DNA of 63,946 bases, the filler included, from Vicugna vicugna (Eukaryota), in NCBI GenBank assembly GCA_013265495.1. It is 75 parts of 73 records of this genome, joined end to end, with 100 filler letters (N's around TTAATTAATTAA, not from the genome) between each part and the next. Parts side by side here need not be neighbours in the genome. Positions count along the whole stretch, not along the records: positions 48,754 to 49,456 come from MU060417.1; positions 49,557 to 50,080 come from PNXW01014206.1; positions 50,181 to 50,661 come from PNXW01014209.1; positions 50,762 to 51,459 come from MU060421.1; positions 51,560 to 52,169 come from MU060421.1; positions 52,270 to 52,955 come from MU060422.1; positions 53,056 to 53,844 come from MU060423.1; positions 53,945 to 54,700 come from MU060426.1; 67 more parts are not named here. One strand, written 5' to 3'. Each line of letters begins with the position of its first letter. The stretch's first letter is position 1. The notes below the pieces were generated by a model. That model worked only from the letters and a program-made list of their open reading frames with translations, was not told where the DNA came from and ran no database searches. Shown here one piece after another: positions 48,754 to 60,480 of this stretch. The translations under genes were made by a program, and so were the position numbers.

Positions 48754-49456
48754 TTTCTAAGCCTATATACACCTTGTTTGGTGGATTAAAGGTCAGTATT
48801 CCACATGCTCACAAGTCAAAAACGCATGATTGCCAAATCCTTCATACATGTAGCATGTACGGANNNNNNNNNNNNNNNNNNNNNNNNNNNNNNNNNNNNN
48901 NNNNNNNNNNNNNNNNNNNNNNNNNNNNNNNNNNNNNNNNNNNNNNNNNNNNNNNNNNNNNNNNNNNNNNNNNNNNNNNNNNNNNNNNNNNNNNNNNNNN
49001 NNNNNNNNNNNNNNNNNNNNNNNNNNNNNNNNNNNNNNNNNNNNNNNNNNNNNNNNNNNNNNNNNNNNNNNNNNNNNNNNNNNNNNNNNNNNNNNNNNNN
49101 NNNNNNNNNNNNNNNNNNNNNNNNNNNNNNNNNNNNNNNNNNNNNNNNNNNNNNNNNNNNNNNNNNNNNNNNNNNNNNNNNNNNNNNNNNNNNNNNNNNN
49201 NNNNNNNNNNNNNNNNNNNNNNNNNNNNNNNNNNNNAAAATAAATATTTCAGAGTGCTTAGGTAACTTGTTTGGTGTTTGAAACATCAGTCATGCGCATG
49301 TTCACAACTCAGAAATGCATGTTTGAGGAATCCGTGATGCATGAAACATGTTCGGAGTACGGAATGGCATGGTTATTTAAACAACGCAAATTACATGTGT
49401 ATTGGTGAAATTTCGCTCAAAGAGTCTTTTCTGGTGCCAAATGCCCGATTTTAGAA
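48754..49456. repeat. Satellite family C
   Basis: C subunits. Confidence 0.92.
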
Positions 49457-49556
49457 NNNNNNNNNNNNNNNNNNNNNNNNNNNNNNNNNNNNNNNNNNNN
49501 TTAATTAATTAANNNNNNNNNNNNNNNNNNNNNNNNNNNNNNNNNNNNNNNNNNNN

Positions 49557-50080
49557 TTTGCAGTGAAAACGGAAGGCACTTCAAACCGGCACTAGGAAAC
49601 ATTCTGAGAACACAGTGTAAGTGATTCTCCTGCAACCCGTTCCTTTTGTGCTGGATGAACGAACGTCTCTCCACATGCTCAGTTCTGAGAGACAAGTGTG
49701 TGTGAAAACCGTCCTTCACCTAGCTTGAAGGGAACACAAAGTTTCTTTTCAGTTGCCAACTCCACTCCATACATATATGTGGGGAGGTACACGCCAAGTG
49801 AAAACGGCATGCACTTCAAACCGGCACTAGAAAACATGCTGAGAACACAGAGTAAGTGTTTCTCCTGCCACCCGTTTCCTTTGTGATGGATGAACGAACG
49901 TCTCTCCACATACTCAGTTCTGAGAGTCAAGTGTGTGTGAAAGCCGTACTTCCCATAGCTTAAAGGGAACACAAAGTTTCTTTTCAGTTGCCAACCTCAC
50001 TCCATACATATATAAGGGGATGTACAAGCCCCAAGTCGGTTTTACACTGAAAACGGCCGGCACTTCAAACCGGCACTAGG
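49557..50080 (-). repeat. Satellite family B1
   Basis: Reverse-complement B1 monomers; one has a short deletion near 49797. Confidence 0.94.
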
Positions 50081-50180
50081 NNNNNNNNNNNNNNNNNNNN
50101 NNNNNNNNNNNNNNNNNNNNNNNNTTAATTAATTAANNNNNNNNNNNNNNNNNNNNNNNNNNNNNNNNNNNNNNNNNNNN

Positions 50181-50661
50181 AAATGCGTGGACTCTGTGTC
50201 CCCACCTCCAGCACACACATGAAAATTGTTCTGGTATCCTGAGTGGGGGAGACTCCTCCAACTGACAGCAGCACCTGGGATCTAATAGAATCCCTATGTT
50301 TGACATCCTTCAGTGTTTTCCTAGGCCGCGCTCTGAGACTAGGTGGGGGTTGGGCTCTAAAGACAAGTATTAGCGTGTGCCTCTCTATGTTCAGTGGAGG
50401 TTTTTAAACTACTTCCAAACCTGGGAACACCTGTGCCCTCATGAAGATGCGTGGACACTCTTTCACCACCTCCAGCACACACACGAAAATGTGTTCAGGT
50501 ATCCTGAGAGTGGGGAAGATCTTCCAAATGACAGCAGTGCCTGATTCCAATAAATTAGCTTGTATTTCCTGTGTGTTTCCCTAAGCAGGACTGCGAGGGA
50601 AAGCTGGGGGTTCGGGTTGGAGGCCAAGTAGCATCGAGTGCCTCCAATGGACGGAGGAAAT
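50181..50661 (-). repeat. Satellite family D, diverged monomers
   Basis: ctcctccaactgacagcagcacctgggatctaatagaatccc. Confidence 0.9.
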
Positions 50662-51274
50662 NNNNNNNNNNNNNNNNNNNNNNNNNNNNNNNNNNNNNNN
50701 NNNNNTTAATTAATTAANNNNNNNNNNNNNNNNNNNNNNNNNNNNNNNNNNNNNNNNNNNNTCGTTCGCCTGGTAAGTGATGGTGACCGTGCTCTGGCTG
50801 CCAGCAATATGCTGACTCCTCTCACCAGGTGGAAGGGGTGAAACCCCACAGCCCACTCACCACCTCTTCTCAGTCTTGATCTCCAGCCTCTCTGCAACGG
50901 GGACCCTGTGGACCACACCCTCTTCTCAAAATTCTCTCTTCAGTTTTGCTAACACTCCAATTTCCTAATGGACCTCCTCCCTCTCCTGTCCAGTCTGCAT
51001 GGATTCCACTTCCTTCCACTGCCTGAAAAAGGGGAGGATGAGCCAAGACTCCATTTTGAGTTGTGGCTTTGACTCCCTGCACTGCCTCCCTGGTAGGTGC
51101 TCCCCCTTCTCCCACAGAAAACTCAAGATAGCACTAACAGAGACTGGACTTGAGAGAAAAATCCAGCCAGAAGGCCTGGCTTTAGTCTCTGGTTCCACTG
51201 ACTTAATAGCTGTGCACCCGTGGGCAGGTAAAACCCTACAACTCCATAAAAGTGAAGAGTTTTCTAATGTTCCC

Positions 51275-51320
51275 TTTTTTTTTTTTTTTTGGTAGGGGAA
51301 GTGATTAGGTTTATTTATTT
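51275..51320 (-). mobile_element. SINE 3' tail (Vic-1-like)
   Basis: Reverse complement aaataaataaacctaatcacttcccctacc followed by poly-A, resembling the camelid SINE tail as recalled. Confidence 0.55.
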
Positions 51321-52269
51321 ATAAAAATCCAGCCAGCTGGCTTTAGTCTCTGGTTCCACTGACTTAATAGCTGTGCACCCGTGGGCAGGTAAAACCCTAC
51401 AACTCCATAAAAGTGAAGAGTTTTCTAATGTTCCCTTTTTTTTTTTTTTTTTTTTGGGGNNNNNNNNNNNNNNNNNNNNNNNNNNNNNNNNNNNNNNNNN
51501 NNNTTAATTAATTAANNNNNNNNNNNNNNNNNNNNNNNNNNNNNNNNNNNNNNNNNNNNTTACTTCACAGGACTTGGCGCGGTACCACCCCGAGAGGCTG
51601 CCTCGGCTCCCCTGCACCGTCTAACAGCTTACTAATAAAAAAAAAAAAGTCAGTTGCCCGTGGGTGCAACCGCTTTCCTCTCTTGTTTTACCTAAATGAC
51701 GACTTGGCTGCACGGCTGTCGGGGAACACAGGTTCAAGAGCTCCGTAAAGCGCCAGCGCGTTCTCAGGCTGAGGTGCCCTTGACCGCGAGGAGGAACCAG
51801 TTTTAATCACGCTGCTTGCTACCAAGCAGAGATAATCACGGAGTGGCTACGGAACGGGCTCTCTGAAAACTTTATTTATATAATCTCACACTGTTTTCTA
51901 GCTTAAAAAAACAAAACCACAGAAAGGCATACGGGAGAAGGAAGTAAACAGAAAGAAAAACGTGCAAACTCTAAGAAATATAAAAATCTCACATCACTTA
52001 ACTTTCAGATGTTAACTTTATGCCTATTTCCCACAGAGCAGAATCCATGTAAAGTTAGAGGAATCACGGATGGGAATGAGATGAACAAACAGGAAACGCT
52101 TTCATAGAAAAACAACTCATAGCCGGTGCATGTCATCTCTGTATTATTTCATGAGAGAAGGAAAGATGGNNNNNNNNNNNNNNNNNNNNNNNNNNNNNNN
52201 NNNNNNNNNNNNNTTAATTAATTAANNNNNNNNNNNNNNNNNNNNNNNNNNNNNNNNNNNNNNNNNNNN

Positions 52270-52580
52270 CCACTGTAATGAGAGGGAGCTAAACCAGAGA
52301 GAAACGATCAGAAGACATGTGTAATGACATGTGTACCTCCTGTATGCACGGGAGCTAGCCAGGAAGACTGAGTGACTCCCTGAAATGGCTCAGCTCATCG
52401 CCTACAATACTATTTTCATCTAGAAATAAAAAGAAGGAAGGGTATGGTTGTTGTGTAGATTTAAGTCTTAGCTTTCTCCACGGATAAGAGTGTCTTGATA
52501 TTTAGCCATCCTTCCACCCCTGGTATGGAGAGGGTAAATTATGCCAACAGTTTTGGGGTGGCACATTCTGCTCCCCTTGA
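52270..52580. mobile_element. Possible ERV1 LTR fragment, followed by old antisense L1 pieces to ~52930
   Basis: ttttggggtggcacattctgctcccct terminal-like motif; downstream tttgtagccattatgaatagg and catttcatcagcagtgaagggaagttcc are L1M-like. Confidence 0.4.
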
Positions 52581-53055
52581 AATGGACATGCCTCAGCGTG
52601 TTTATGCACACGTCACTGAAGACATCCTGATTTGAGTTTGTAGCCATTATGAATAGGAGTGGAGTNNNNNNNNNNNNNNNNNNNNNNNNNNNNNNNNNNN
52701 NNNNNNNNNNNNNNNNNNNNNNNNNNNNNNNNNNNNNNNNNNNNNNNNNNNNNNNNNNNNNNNNNNNNNNNNNNNNNNNNNNNNNNNNNNNNNNNNNNNN
52801 NNNNNNNNNNNNNNNNNNNNNNNNNTTGTTTAGCTAAAAATTTCCAACATGTCTTTCAAAAGTAGCTGCACATGCATTTCATCAGCAGTGAAGGGAAGTT
52901 CCTGTTTTTCCTCATACTCCATGAATCAGCAGTGTCTTTTTTTTTTTTTTTTTTTNNNNNNNNNNNNNNNNNNNNNNNNNNNNNNNNNNNNNNNNNNNNT
53001 TAATTAATTAANNNNNNNNNNNNNNNNNNNNNNNNNNNNNNNNNNNNNNNNNNNN

Positions 53056-53844
53056 CTTCCCCGAACAGGGAAGAACTGTGACTGCAGAGAGCTGCGTGGA
53101 ATTGTCTCACGAGTTCCCCAACGCACTTACAATGTTTCCGGAATCCTGAGCGTGGGGAGGTTCCACCAACGGTCGGCAGCGCGTGGGTTCTAACGGAATG
53201 CCTAAGCTCGTCTCCCCTGAGGGTTTTGCTAATATCTCTGTGCCAGGGAATGCTAGAANNNNNNNNNNNNNNNNNNNNNNNNNNNNNNNNNNNNNNNNNN
53301 NNNNNNNNNNNNNNNNNNNNNNNNNNNNNNNNNNNNNNNNNNNNNNNNNNNNNNNNNNNNNNNNNNNNNNNNNNNNNNNNNNNNNNNNNNNNNNNNNNNN
53401 NNNNNNNNNNNNNNNNNNNNNNNNNNNNNNNNNNNNNNNNNNNNNNNNNNNNNNNNNNNNNNNNNNNNNNNNNNNNNNNNNNNNNNNNNNNNNNNNNNNN
53501 NNNNNNNNNNNNNNNNNNNNNNNNNNNNNNNNNNNNNNNNNNNNNNNNNNNNNNNNNNNNNNNNNNNNNNNNNNNNNNNNNNNNNNNNNNNNNNNNNNNN
53601 NNNNNNNNNNNNNNNNNNNNNNNNNNNNNNNNNNNNNNNNNNNNNNNNNNNNNNNNNNNNNNNNNNNNNNNNNNNNNNNNNNNNNNNNNNNNNNNNNNNN
53701 NNNNNNNNNNNNNNNNNNNNNNNNNNNNNNNNNNNNNNNNNNNNNNNNNNNNNNNNNNNNNNNNNNNNNNNNNNNNNNNNNNNNNNNNNNGAGGCTGATT
53801 TCCCAAGGTCAAGGAAGGTTTTTCTCGGATTTCCCCGAATAGGA
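53056..53844 (-). repeat. Satellite family A
   Basis: Reverse-complement A monomers. Confidence 0.93.
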
Positions 53845-53944
53845 NNNNNNNNNNNNNNNNNNNNNNNNNNNNNNNNNNNNNNNNNNNNTTAATTAATTAA
53901 NNNNNNNNNNNNNNNNNNNNNNNNNNNNNNNNNNNNNNNNNNNN

Positions 53945-54700
53945 AAACATTCATTTCTGAGTTGTGAACATGCGCATGACTGATGTTTCCATCATAAAAG
54001 ATTACCTATGCAGTTTGAAATATTTAGTTTGACTTCATTGCTTCTACCTGTCACCAGTATCAAGAATCACACTTTGATCCAAGAAAAACACCCTTGGAGA
54101 GAATACTACCCTAGAGCTATGTAATGTGAATTGATTCTATCTAAATGATAATCCGTGTTCCGTGCATGCTACATACATGACGGATTTGAAAACATGCATT
54201 CCTGAGTTGAGTGCATGTGGATTACTGATCTTATATCCTCTAAAAAAGGAATGTTTACATCTAGACACGTGTACTCTTTTTCACAAGCTTTACATAACAC
54301 CAGTTNNNNNNNNNNNNNNNNNNNNNNNNNNNNNNNNNNNNNNNNNNNNNNNNNNNNNNNNNNNNNNNNNNNNNNNNNNNNNNNNNNNNNNNNNNNNNNN
54401 NNNNNNNNNNNNNNNNNNNNNNNNNNNNNNNNNNNNNNNNNNNNNNNNNNNNNNNNNNNNNNNNNNNNNNNNTTTCATCCACCAAACAAGGCTTATATAC
54501 ACTTAGAAATATTTACTTTGACATCATAGGTTTTTTCTATCACCAGGTTCAAAAATCGGACATTAGGCACCAGAAAACAATCTTTGAGTGAATTCTCACC
54601 AATACACATGTAATTTACATTGTTTACATAACCAGGGCATTCCGTATTCCGAAATTTTCATGCAACACGGATTCCTTAAACATGAATTTCTGAGCTGTGG
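53945..54700. repeat. Satellite family C (more diverged copy)
   Basis: C subunits. Confidence 0.92.
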
Positions 54701-54800
54701 NNNNNNNNNNNNNNNNNNNNNNNNNNNNNNNNNNNNNNNNNNNNTTAATTAATTAANNNNNNNNNNNNNNNNNNNNNNNNNNNNNNNNNNNNNNNNNNNN

Positions 54801-55640
54801 AGGCTGCCTCCCCAATGTCAGGGAATGTATTTCTCGGTCTTCCCCCAACAGGGAACACCTGCGACTTAAGAGAGTTGTGTGGAGTTGTCTCTCGAGCTCC
54901 CCCACACAATGAAAATTTTTCCAGAATCCTGAGCGTGGGGATGTTCCACCAAAGGTCGGCAGCGCGTGGGTTCTAACGGGATGCCTAAGCTCATCTCCCC
55001 TGAGGTTTTTCTTATGTCTCTGTACCAGGGAATGCTAGGGGTGATTGCAGGATATCCCAGTGACAGAGGCTGNNNNNNNNNNNNNNNNNNNNNNNNNNNN
55101 NNNNNNNNNNNNNNNNNNNNNNNNNNNNNNNNNNNNNNNNNNNNNNNNNNNNNNNNNNNNNNNNNNNNNNNNNNNNNNNNNNNNNNNNNNNNNNNNNNNN
55201 NNNNNNNNNNNNNNNNNNCAGCGCGTGGAACGGGATGCCTAAGCTCATCTCCCCTGAGGGTTTTCTTATGTCTCTGTACCAGGGAATGCTAGGGGGTTTG
55301 CAGGATATCCCAGTGACTGGGGCTGCCTCCCCAAGGTCAGGGAAGGTATTTCTTGGACTTCCCCGGACAGGGAACACCTGTGACTGAAGAGAGCTGCGTG
55401 GAGTTGTCTCTCGTGCTCCCCCACGCACTGACAATGGTTCCGGAATCCTGAGCGTGGGGAGGTTCCAATAACGGTCGGCAGCGCGTGGGTTCGAACGGGA
55501 TGCTTAAGCTCGTCTCCCCTGAGGGTTTTCCTAATGTCTCTGTGCCAGGGAATTCTAAGGGTGTTTTCAGGGTATCCCAGTGTCAGAGTCTGCTACCCCA
55601 AGGTCAGGGAAGGTATTTCTTGGACTTCCCCGGACAGGGA
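54801..55640 (-). repeat. Satellite family A
   Basis: Reverse-complement A monomers. Confidence 0.95.
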
Positions 55641-55951
55641 NNNNNNNNNNNNNNNNNNNNNNNNNNNNNNNNNNNNNNNNNNNNTTAATTAATTAANNNN
55701 NNNNNNNNNNNNNNNNNNNNNNNNNNNNNNNNNNNNNNNNTTCCCTTCTCTTATCAACTCACAAAATTTTCCTTGGGCTCCTTTGTTCCTTAAGCAAGAT
55801 TTGTTCCAACATTGTCCCATCAGGGCTTCAGAACACTCCAGAAAACATGCTGGGAAAACAACCAAACAGCAAACTAGAGAAACAAGCAAGCAAACATTGA
55901 AGCAATAAATAAAGTTTTAAAAGTGAATAATTAAAATGAAAAATGGAAACC

Positions 55952-56201
55952 GTGAGTGTGTGTGTGTGTGTGTCTGTGTGGGTCTGTCTGTGTGGATGTG
56001 TCTGTGTGGGTGGGGGAATGCATTTTGCCTGTGTATACTTATACATACACATGATAATACACTATAGACATTGAGATAGATATATGTATATAAATATATA
56101 TGTGTATAGATAATCTATCTAACTCTCTATTTATATACTATCTATTGATTTACTTTATCATCTATGTAAATCTATACCTACCTATCTCTCAATCTATCTC
56201 T
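55952..56201. repeat. Simple repeats: (TG)n and degenerate (TAGA)/(TCTA)n
   Basis: Direct reading. Confidence 0.75.
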
Positions 56202-56301
56202 NNNNNNNNNNNNNNNNNNNNNNNNNNNNNNNNNNNNNNNNNNNNTTAATTAATTAANNNNNNNNNNNNNNNNNNNNNNNNNNNNNNNNNNNNNNNNNNN
56301 N

Positions 56302-57644
56302 ATATAGAATACAGAATATAGAATGTAGAACACAGAATATACAATAAGGAAAACAGAATACAAAACTCATAATTTAGAACATGGAATGCAGAACACAGAA
56401 TTTAGAATATAGAATACAGAATACTGAATATAGATTTAGAACATAGAATGAAGAACACAGAATTTAGAATATAGAATACAGAATACTGAATATAGATTTA
56501 GAACATAGAATGAAGAACACAGAATTTAGAATATAGAATACAGAATACTGAATATAGATTTAGAACATAGAATGAAGAACACAGAATTTAGAATATAGAA
56601 TACAGAATACTGAATATAGATTTAGAACATAGAATGAAGAACACAGAATTTAGAATATAGAATACAGAATACTGAATATAGATTTAGAACATAGAATGAA
56701 GAACACAGAATTTAGAATATAGAATACAGAATACTGAATATAGATTTAGAACATAGAATGAAGAACACAGAATTTAGAATATAGAATACAGAATACTGAA
56801 TATAGATTTAGAACATAGAATGAAGAACACAGAATTTAGAATATAGAATACAGAATACTGAATATAGATTTAGAACATAGAATGAAGAACACAGAATTTA
56901 GAATATAGAATACAGAATACTGAATATAGATTTAGAACATAGAATGAAGAACACAGAATTTAGAATATAGAATACAGAATACTGAATATAGATTTAGAAC
57001 ATTTTATGAAAAACACAAAATTTAGAATGTAGAATACAGAATAATGAATATAGAATTTAGAAAATAGAATGTAGAACAAAGAATATAGAATATAGAATAA
57101 GGAATGCAGAATAAAGAATGTAGAATATATAATGAAGAAGGGAAAATTTAGAATATAGAATAGAGTATATANNNNNNNNNNNNNNNNNNNNNNNNNNNNN
57201 NNNNNNNNNNNNNNNNNNNNNNNNNNNNNNNNNNNNNNNNNNNNNNNNNNNNNNNNNNNNNNNNNNNNNNNNNNNNNNNNNNNNNNNNNNNNNNNNNNNN
57301 NNNNNNNNNNNNNNNNNNNNNNNNNNNNNNNNNNNNNNNNNNNNNNNNNNNNNNNNNNNNNNNNNNNNNNNNNNNNNNNNNNNNNNNNNNNNNNNNNNNN
57401 NNNNNNNNNNNNNNNNNNNNNNNNNNNNNNNNNNNNNNNNNNNNNNNNNNNNNNNNNNNNNNNNNNNNNNNNNNNNNNNNNNNNNNNNNNNNNNNNNNNN
57501 NNNNNNNNNNNNNNNNNNNNNNNNNNNNNNNNNNNNNNNNNNAGAATATAGAGAAATTAAAATACAGAATTTTGAATATAGAATACGGAATGCAGAACAC
57601 AGAATTCAGTACATGGAATGCAGAACACAGAATTTAGAATATAG
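56302..57644. repeat. Satellite family E incl. perfect 62-bp tandem array (56391-57002)
   Basis: Unit gaacacagaatttagaatatagaatacagaatactgaatatagatttagaacatagaatgaa: nine full copies plus 54 bp. Confidence 0.95.
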
Positions 57645-58311
57645 NNNNNNNNNNNNNNNNNNNNNNNNNNNNNNNNNNNNNNNNNNNNTTAATTAATTAA
57701 NNNNNNNNNNNNNNNNNNNNNNNNNNNNNNNNNNNNNNNNNNNNAACACATGGTAACAAGAGACGCTGGCTTTACATGCGCACGTTGCCTTCAAGGATGC
57801 AGGGGTGGCCAAAGTTCTGCCTCTGCCCCACCTCCTGCCCTCGTCCCCCAGACCTCACAGTGGCCACTGACTCGTTTCTCTGACTTTCTCTCCTTGGTTG
57901 TGCTGCTCTTCCAGCTTTTAAGAGCTCATAAAATCCTCACCAGAAAATCTTTAATAATGAACCCAAGTCAAACGAAATCAACCAAAGAGACACACTGCCT
58001 TCTTCATTACTTTATATTTTAGGAAGATATTCTTGAAGACGACTCCCTGACCTGATGGGGTGGATGGAGGGGAAAAGAAAACAAGACAACCATTTTTGGG
58101 CCCATAAAAAATGAGAGGTAACCAGATGGTGTCTAGTCTTCATTGCACCTCTCTGCCTGCCCCAGGTTCACATGCCCCTCCCAACTGAACTCATCAGAAC
58201 TCGACTGAAGGNNNNNNNNNNNNNNNNNNNNNNNNNNNNNNNNNNNNNNNNNNNNTTAATTAATTAANNNNNNNNNNNNNNNNNNNNNNNNNNNNNNNNN
58301 NNNNNNNNNNN

Positions 58312-59808
58312 TCCATTTTCTAAATTCTGTGTTTTTATTCTGTATTCTATATTCTATAGTCTATGTACTACATTCCATGTTCTAAATTCTGGGTTCTTTA
58401 TCCTGTATTCTATATTCTCGATTCTGTGTTCTACATTCTATATTCTACATTCTATTTCTGTATTCTATATTCTATCTTCTGTGTTCTGCATTGCATTTTC
58501 GAAATTCTGGGTTCTGAATTCTGTATTTTATATTCTATTTTCTGTGTTCTAAATTCTTATTCTACATTCTTTTTCTGTATTCTATATTCAATCTTTTGTT
58601 CTGCATTCCATATTCTAAACTCTGGGTTCTGTATTCTTTATTCTATATTGTATAATCTGTGTTCTACATTCTATATTCTACGTTCAATGTTATGTATTCT
58701 ATAATCTATATTCTGTATTCTACAGTATATATTCTACACCCTATATTCTGTATTCTGTGTTCTATATTCTCTATTCTTTATTCTATATTCTGTATTCTAC
58801 TTTCTATATTCTGTATTCAATATTCTAAATTCTGTGTTCTGAATTCCAAGTTCTAAATTCTGGGTTCTCTANNNNNNNNNNNNNNNNNNNNNNNNNNNNN
58901 NNNNNNNNNNNNNNNNNNNNNNNNNNNNNNNNNNNNNNNNNNNNNNNNNNNNNNNNNNNNNNNNNNNNNNNNNNNNNNNNNNNNNNNNNNNNNNNNNNNN
59001 NNNNNNNNNNNNNNNNNNNNNNNNNNNNNNNNNNNNNNNNNNNNNNNNNNNNNNNNNNNNNNNNNNNNNNNNNNNNNNNNNNNNNNNNNNNNNNNNNNNN
59101 NNNNNNNNNNNNNNNNNNNNNNNNNNNNNNNNNNNNNNNNNNNNNNNNNNNNNNNNNNNNNNNNNNNNNNNNNNNNNNNNNNNNNNNNNNNNNNNNNNNN
59201 NNNNNNNNNNNNNNNNNNNNNNNNNNNNNNNNNNNNNNNNNNNNNNNNNNNNNNNNNNNNNNNNNNNNNNNNNNNNNNNNNNNNNNNNNNNNNNNNNNNN
59301 NNNNNNNNNNNNNNNNNNNNNNNNNNNNNNNNNNNNNNNNNNNNNNNNNNNNNNNNNNNNNNNNNNNNNNNNNNNNNNNNNNNNNNNNNNNNNNNNNNNN
59401 NNNNNNNNNNNNNNNNNNNNNNNNNNNNNNNNNNNNNNNNNNNNNNNNNNNNNNNNNNNNNNNNNNNNNNNNNNNNNNNNNNNNNNNNNNNNNNNNNNNN
59501 NNNNNNNNNNNNNNNNNNNNNNNNNNNNNNNNNNNNNNNNNNNNNNNNNNNNNNNNNNNNNNNNNNNNNNNNNNNNNNNNNNNNNNNNNNNNNNNNNNNN
59601 NNNNNNNNNNNNNNNNNNNNNNNNNNNNNNNNNNNNNNNNNNNNNNNNNNNNNNNNNNNNNNNNNNNNNNNNNNNNNNNNNNNATTCTATATTCTAAATT
59701 CTATATTCAGTATTCTATACTCTATATTCTCTATTCTGTGTTCTACATTCTCTATTCTACATTCAATATTCTAAATTCTGTATTCTAAATTCTAAACTCT
59801 GTGTTATG
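58312..59808. repeat. Satellite family E, T-rich strand
   Basis: TATTCTA heptamers; large internal gap. Confidence 0.92.
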
Positions 59809-59908
59809 NNNNNNNNNNNNNNNNNNNNNNNNNNNNNNNNNNNNNNNNNNNNTTAATTAATTAANNNNNNNNNNNNNNNNNNNNNNNNNNNNNNNNNNNN
59901 NNNNNNNN

Positions 59909-60245
59909 AAGATAAACTTATCTACAGAACAGAAACAGACACAGAGTCATAGATACCAAACTATGATTACCAGAGGGGAGAGGGTTTGGGAAGGAATAAA
60001 TTGGGAGTTAAAGATTTGCAGATACTGAGTATGTAACAAATAAACAGCAAGTTTATACTGTATAGCACAGGAGAATATATTTAATATCTTATAGTATCTT
60101 ATGTTTAAAAAGAATATGAAAATGAATACAGGTAGGTTCCTATTTAGCTGAAGTGTTGTGCTGTACACAAGAAACTAACACAAAATTATAAACTAACAAG
60201 ACTTCAATGAAAATATTTTTAAATAGACCAAAAACGAAAACAAAG
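59909..60245 (+). mobile_element. LINE-1 3'UTR and tail (artiodactyl-type)
   Basis: aacttatctacagaacagaaacagac...gatttgcagatact...tatactgtatagcacaggagaatatatt...ctgtacacaagaaactaacacaaaattataaactaac; same family as 5602-5948. Confidence 0.85.
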
Positions 60246-60480
60246 GAAAAGGATATTATCAAGCAAAAAGAATAAAGTACTGATTCAGGCTACAATTAAA
60301 TATCGATGAACCTTGAAACTTTATGCTAAAATAAACCAGACACAAAAAGTCAAATAGTGCCCTTTAAGGTGAACTGTATCNNNNNNNNNNNNNNNNNNNN
60401 NNNNNNNNNNNNNNNNNNNNNNNNTTAATTAATTAANNNNNNNNNNNNNNNNNNNNNNNNNNNNNNNNNNNNNNNNNNNN

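Noticed and set aside
58363..58856. Hydrophobic YILYSIF-repeat ORFs as membrane proteins (also 14009-14259, 30298-30833)
   Set aside because: Predictable translation of the TATTCTA heptamer satellite
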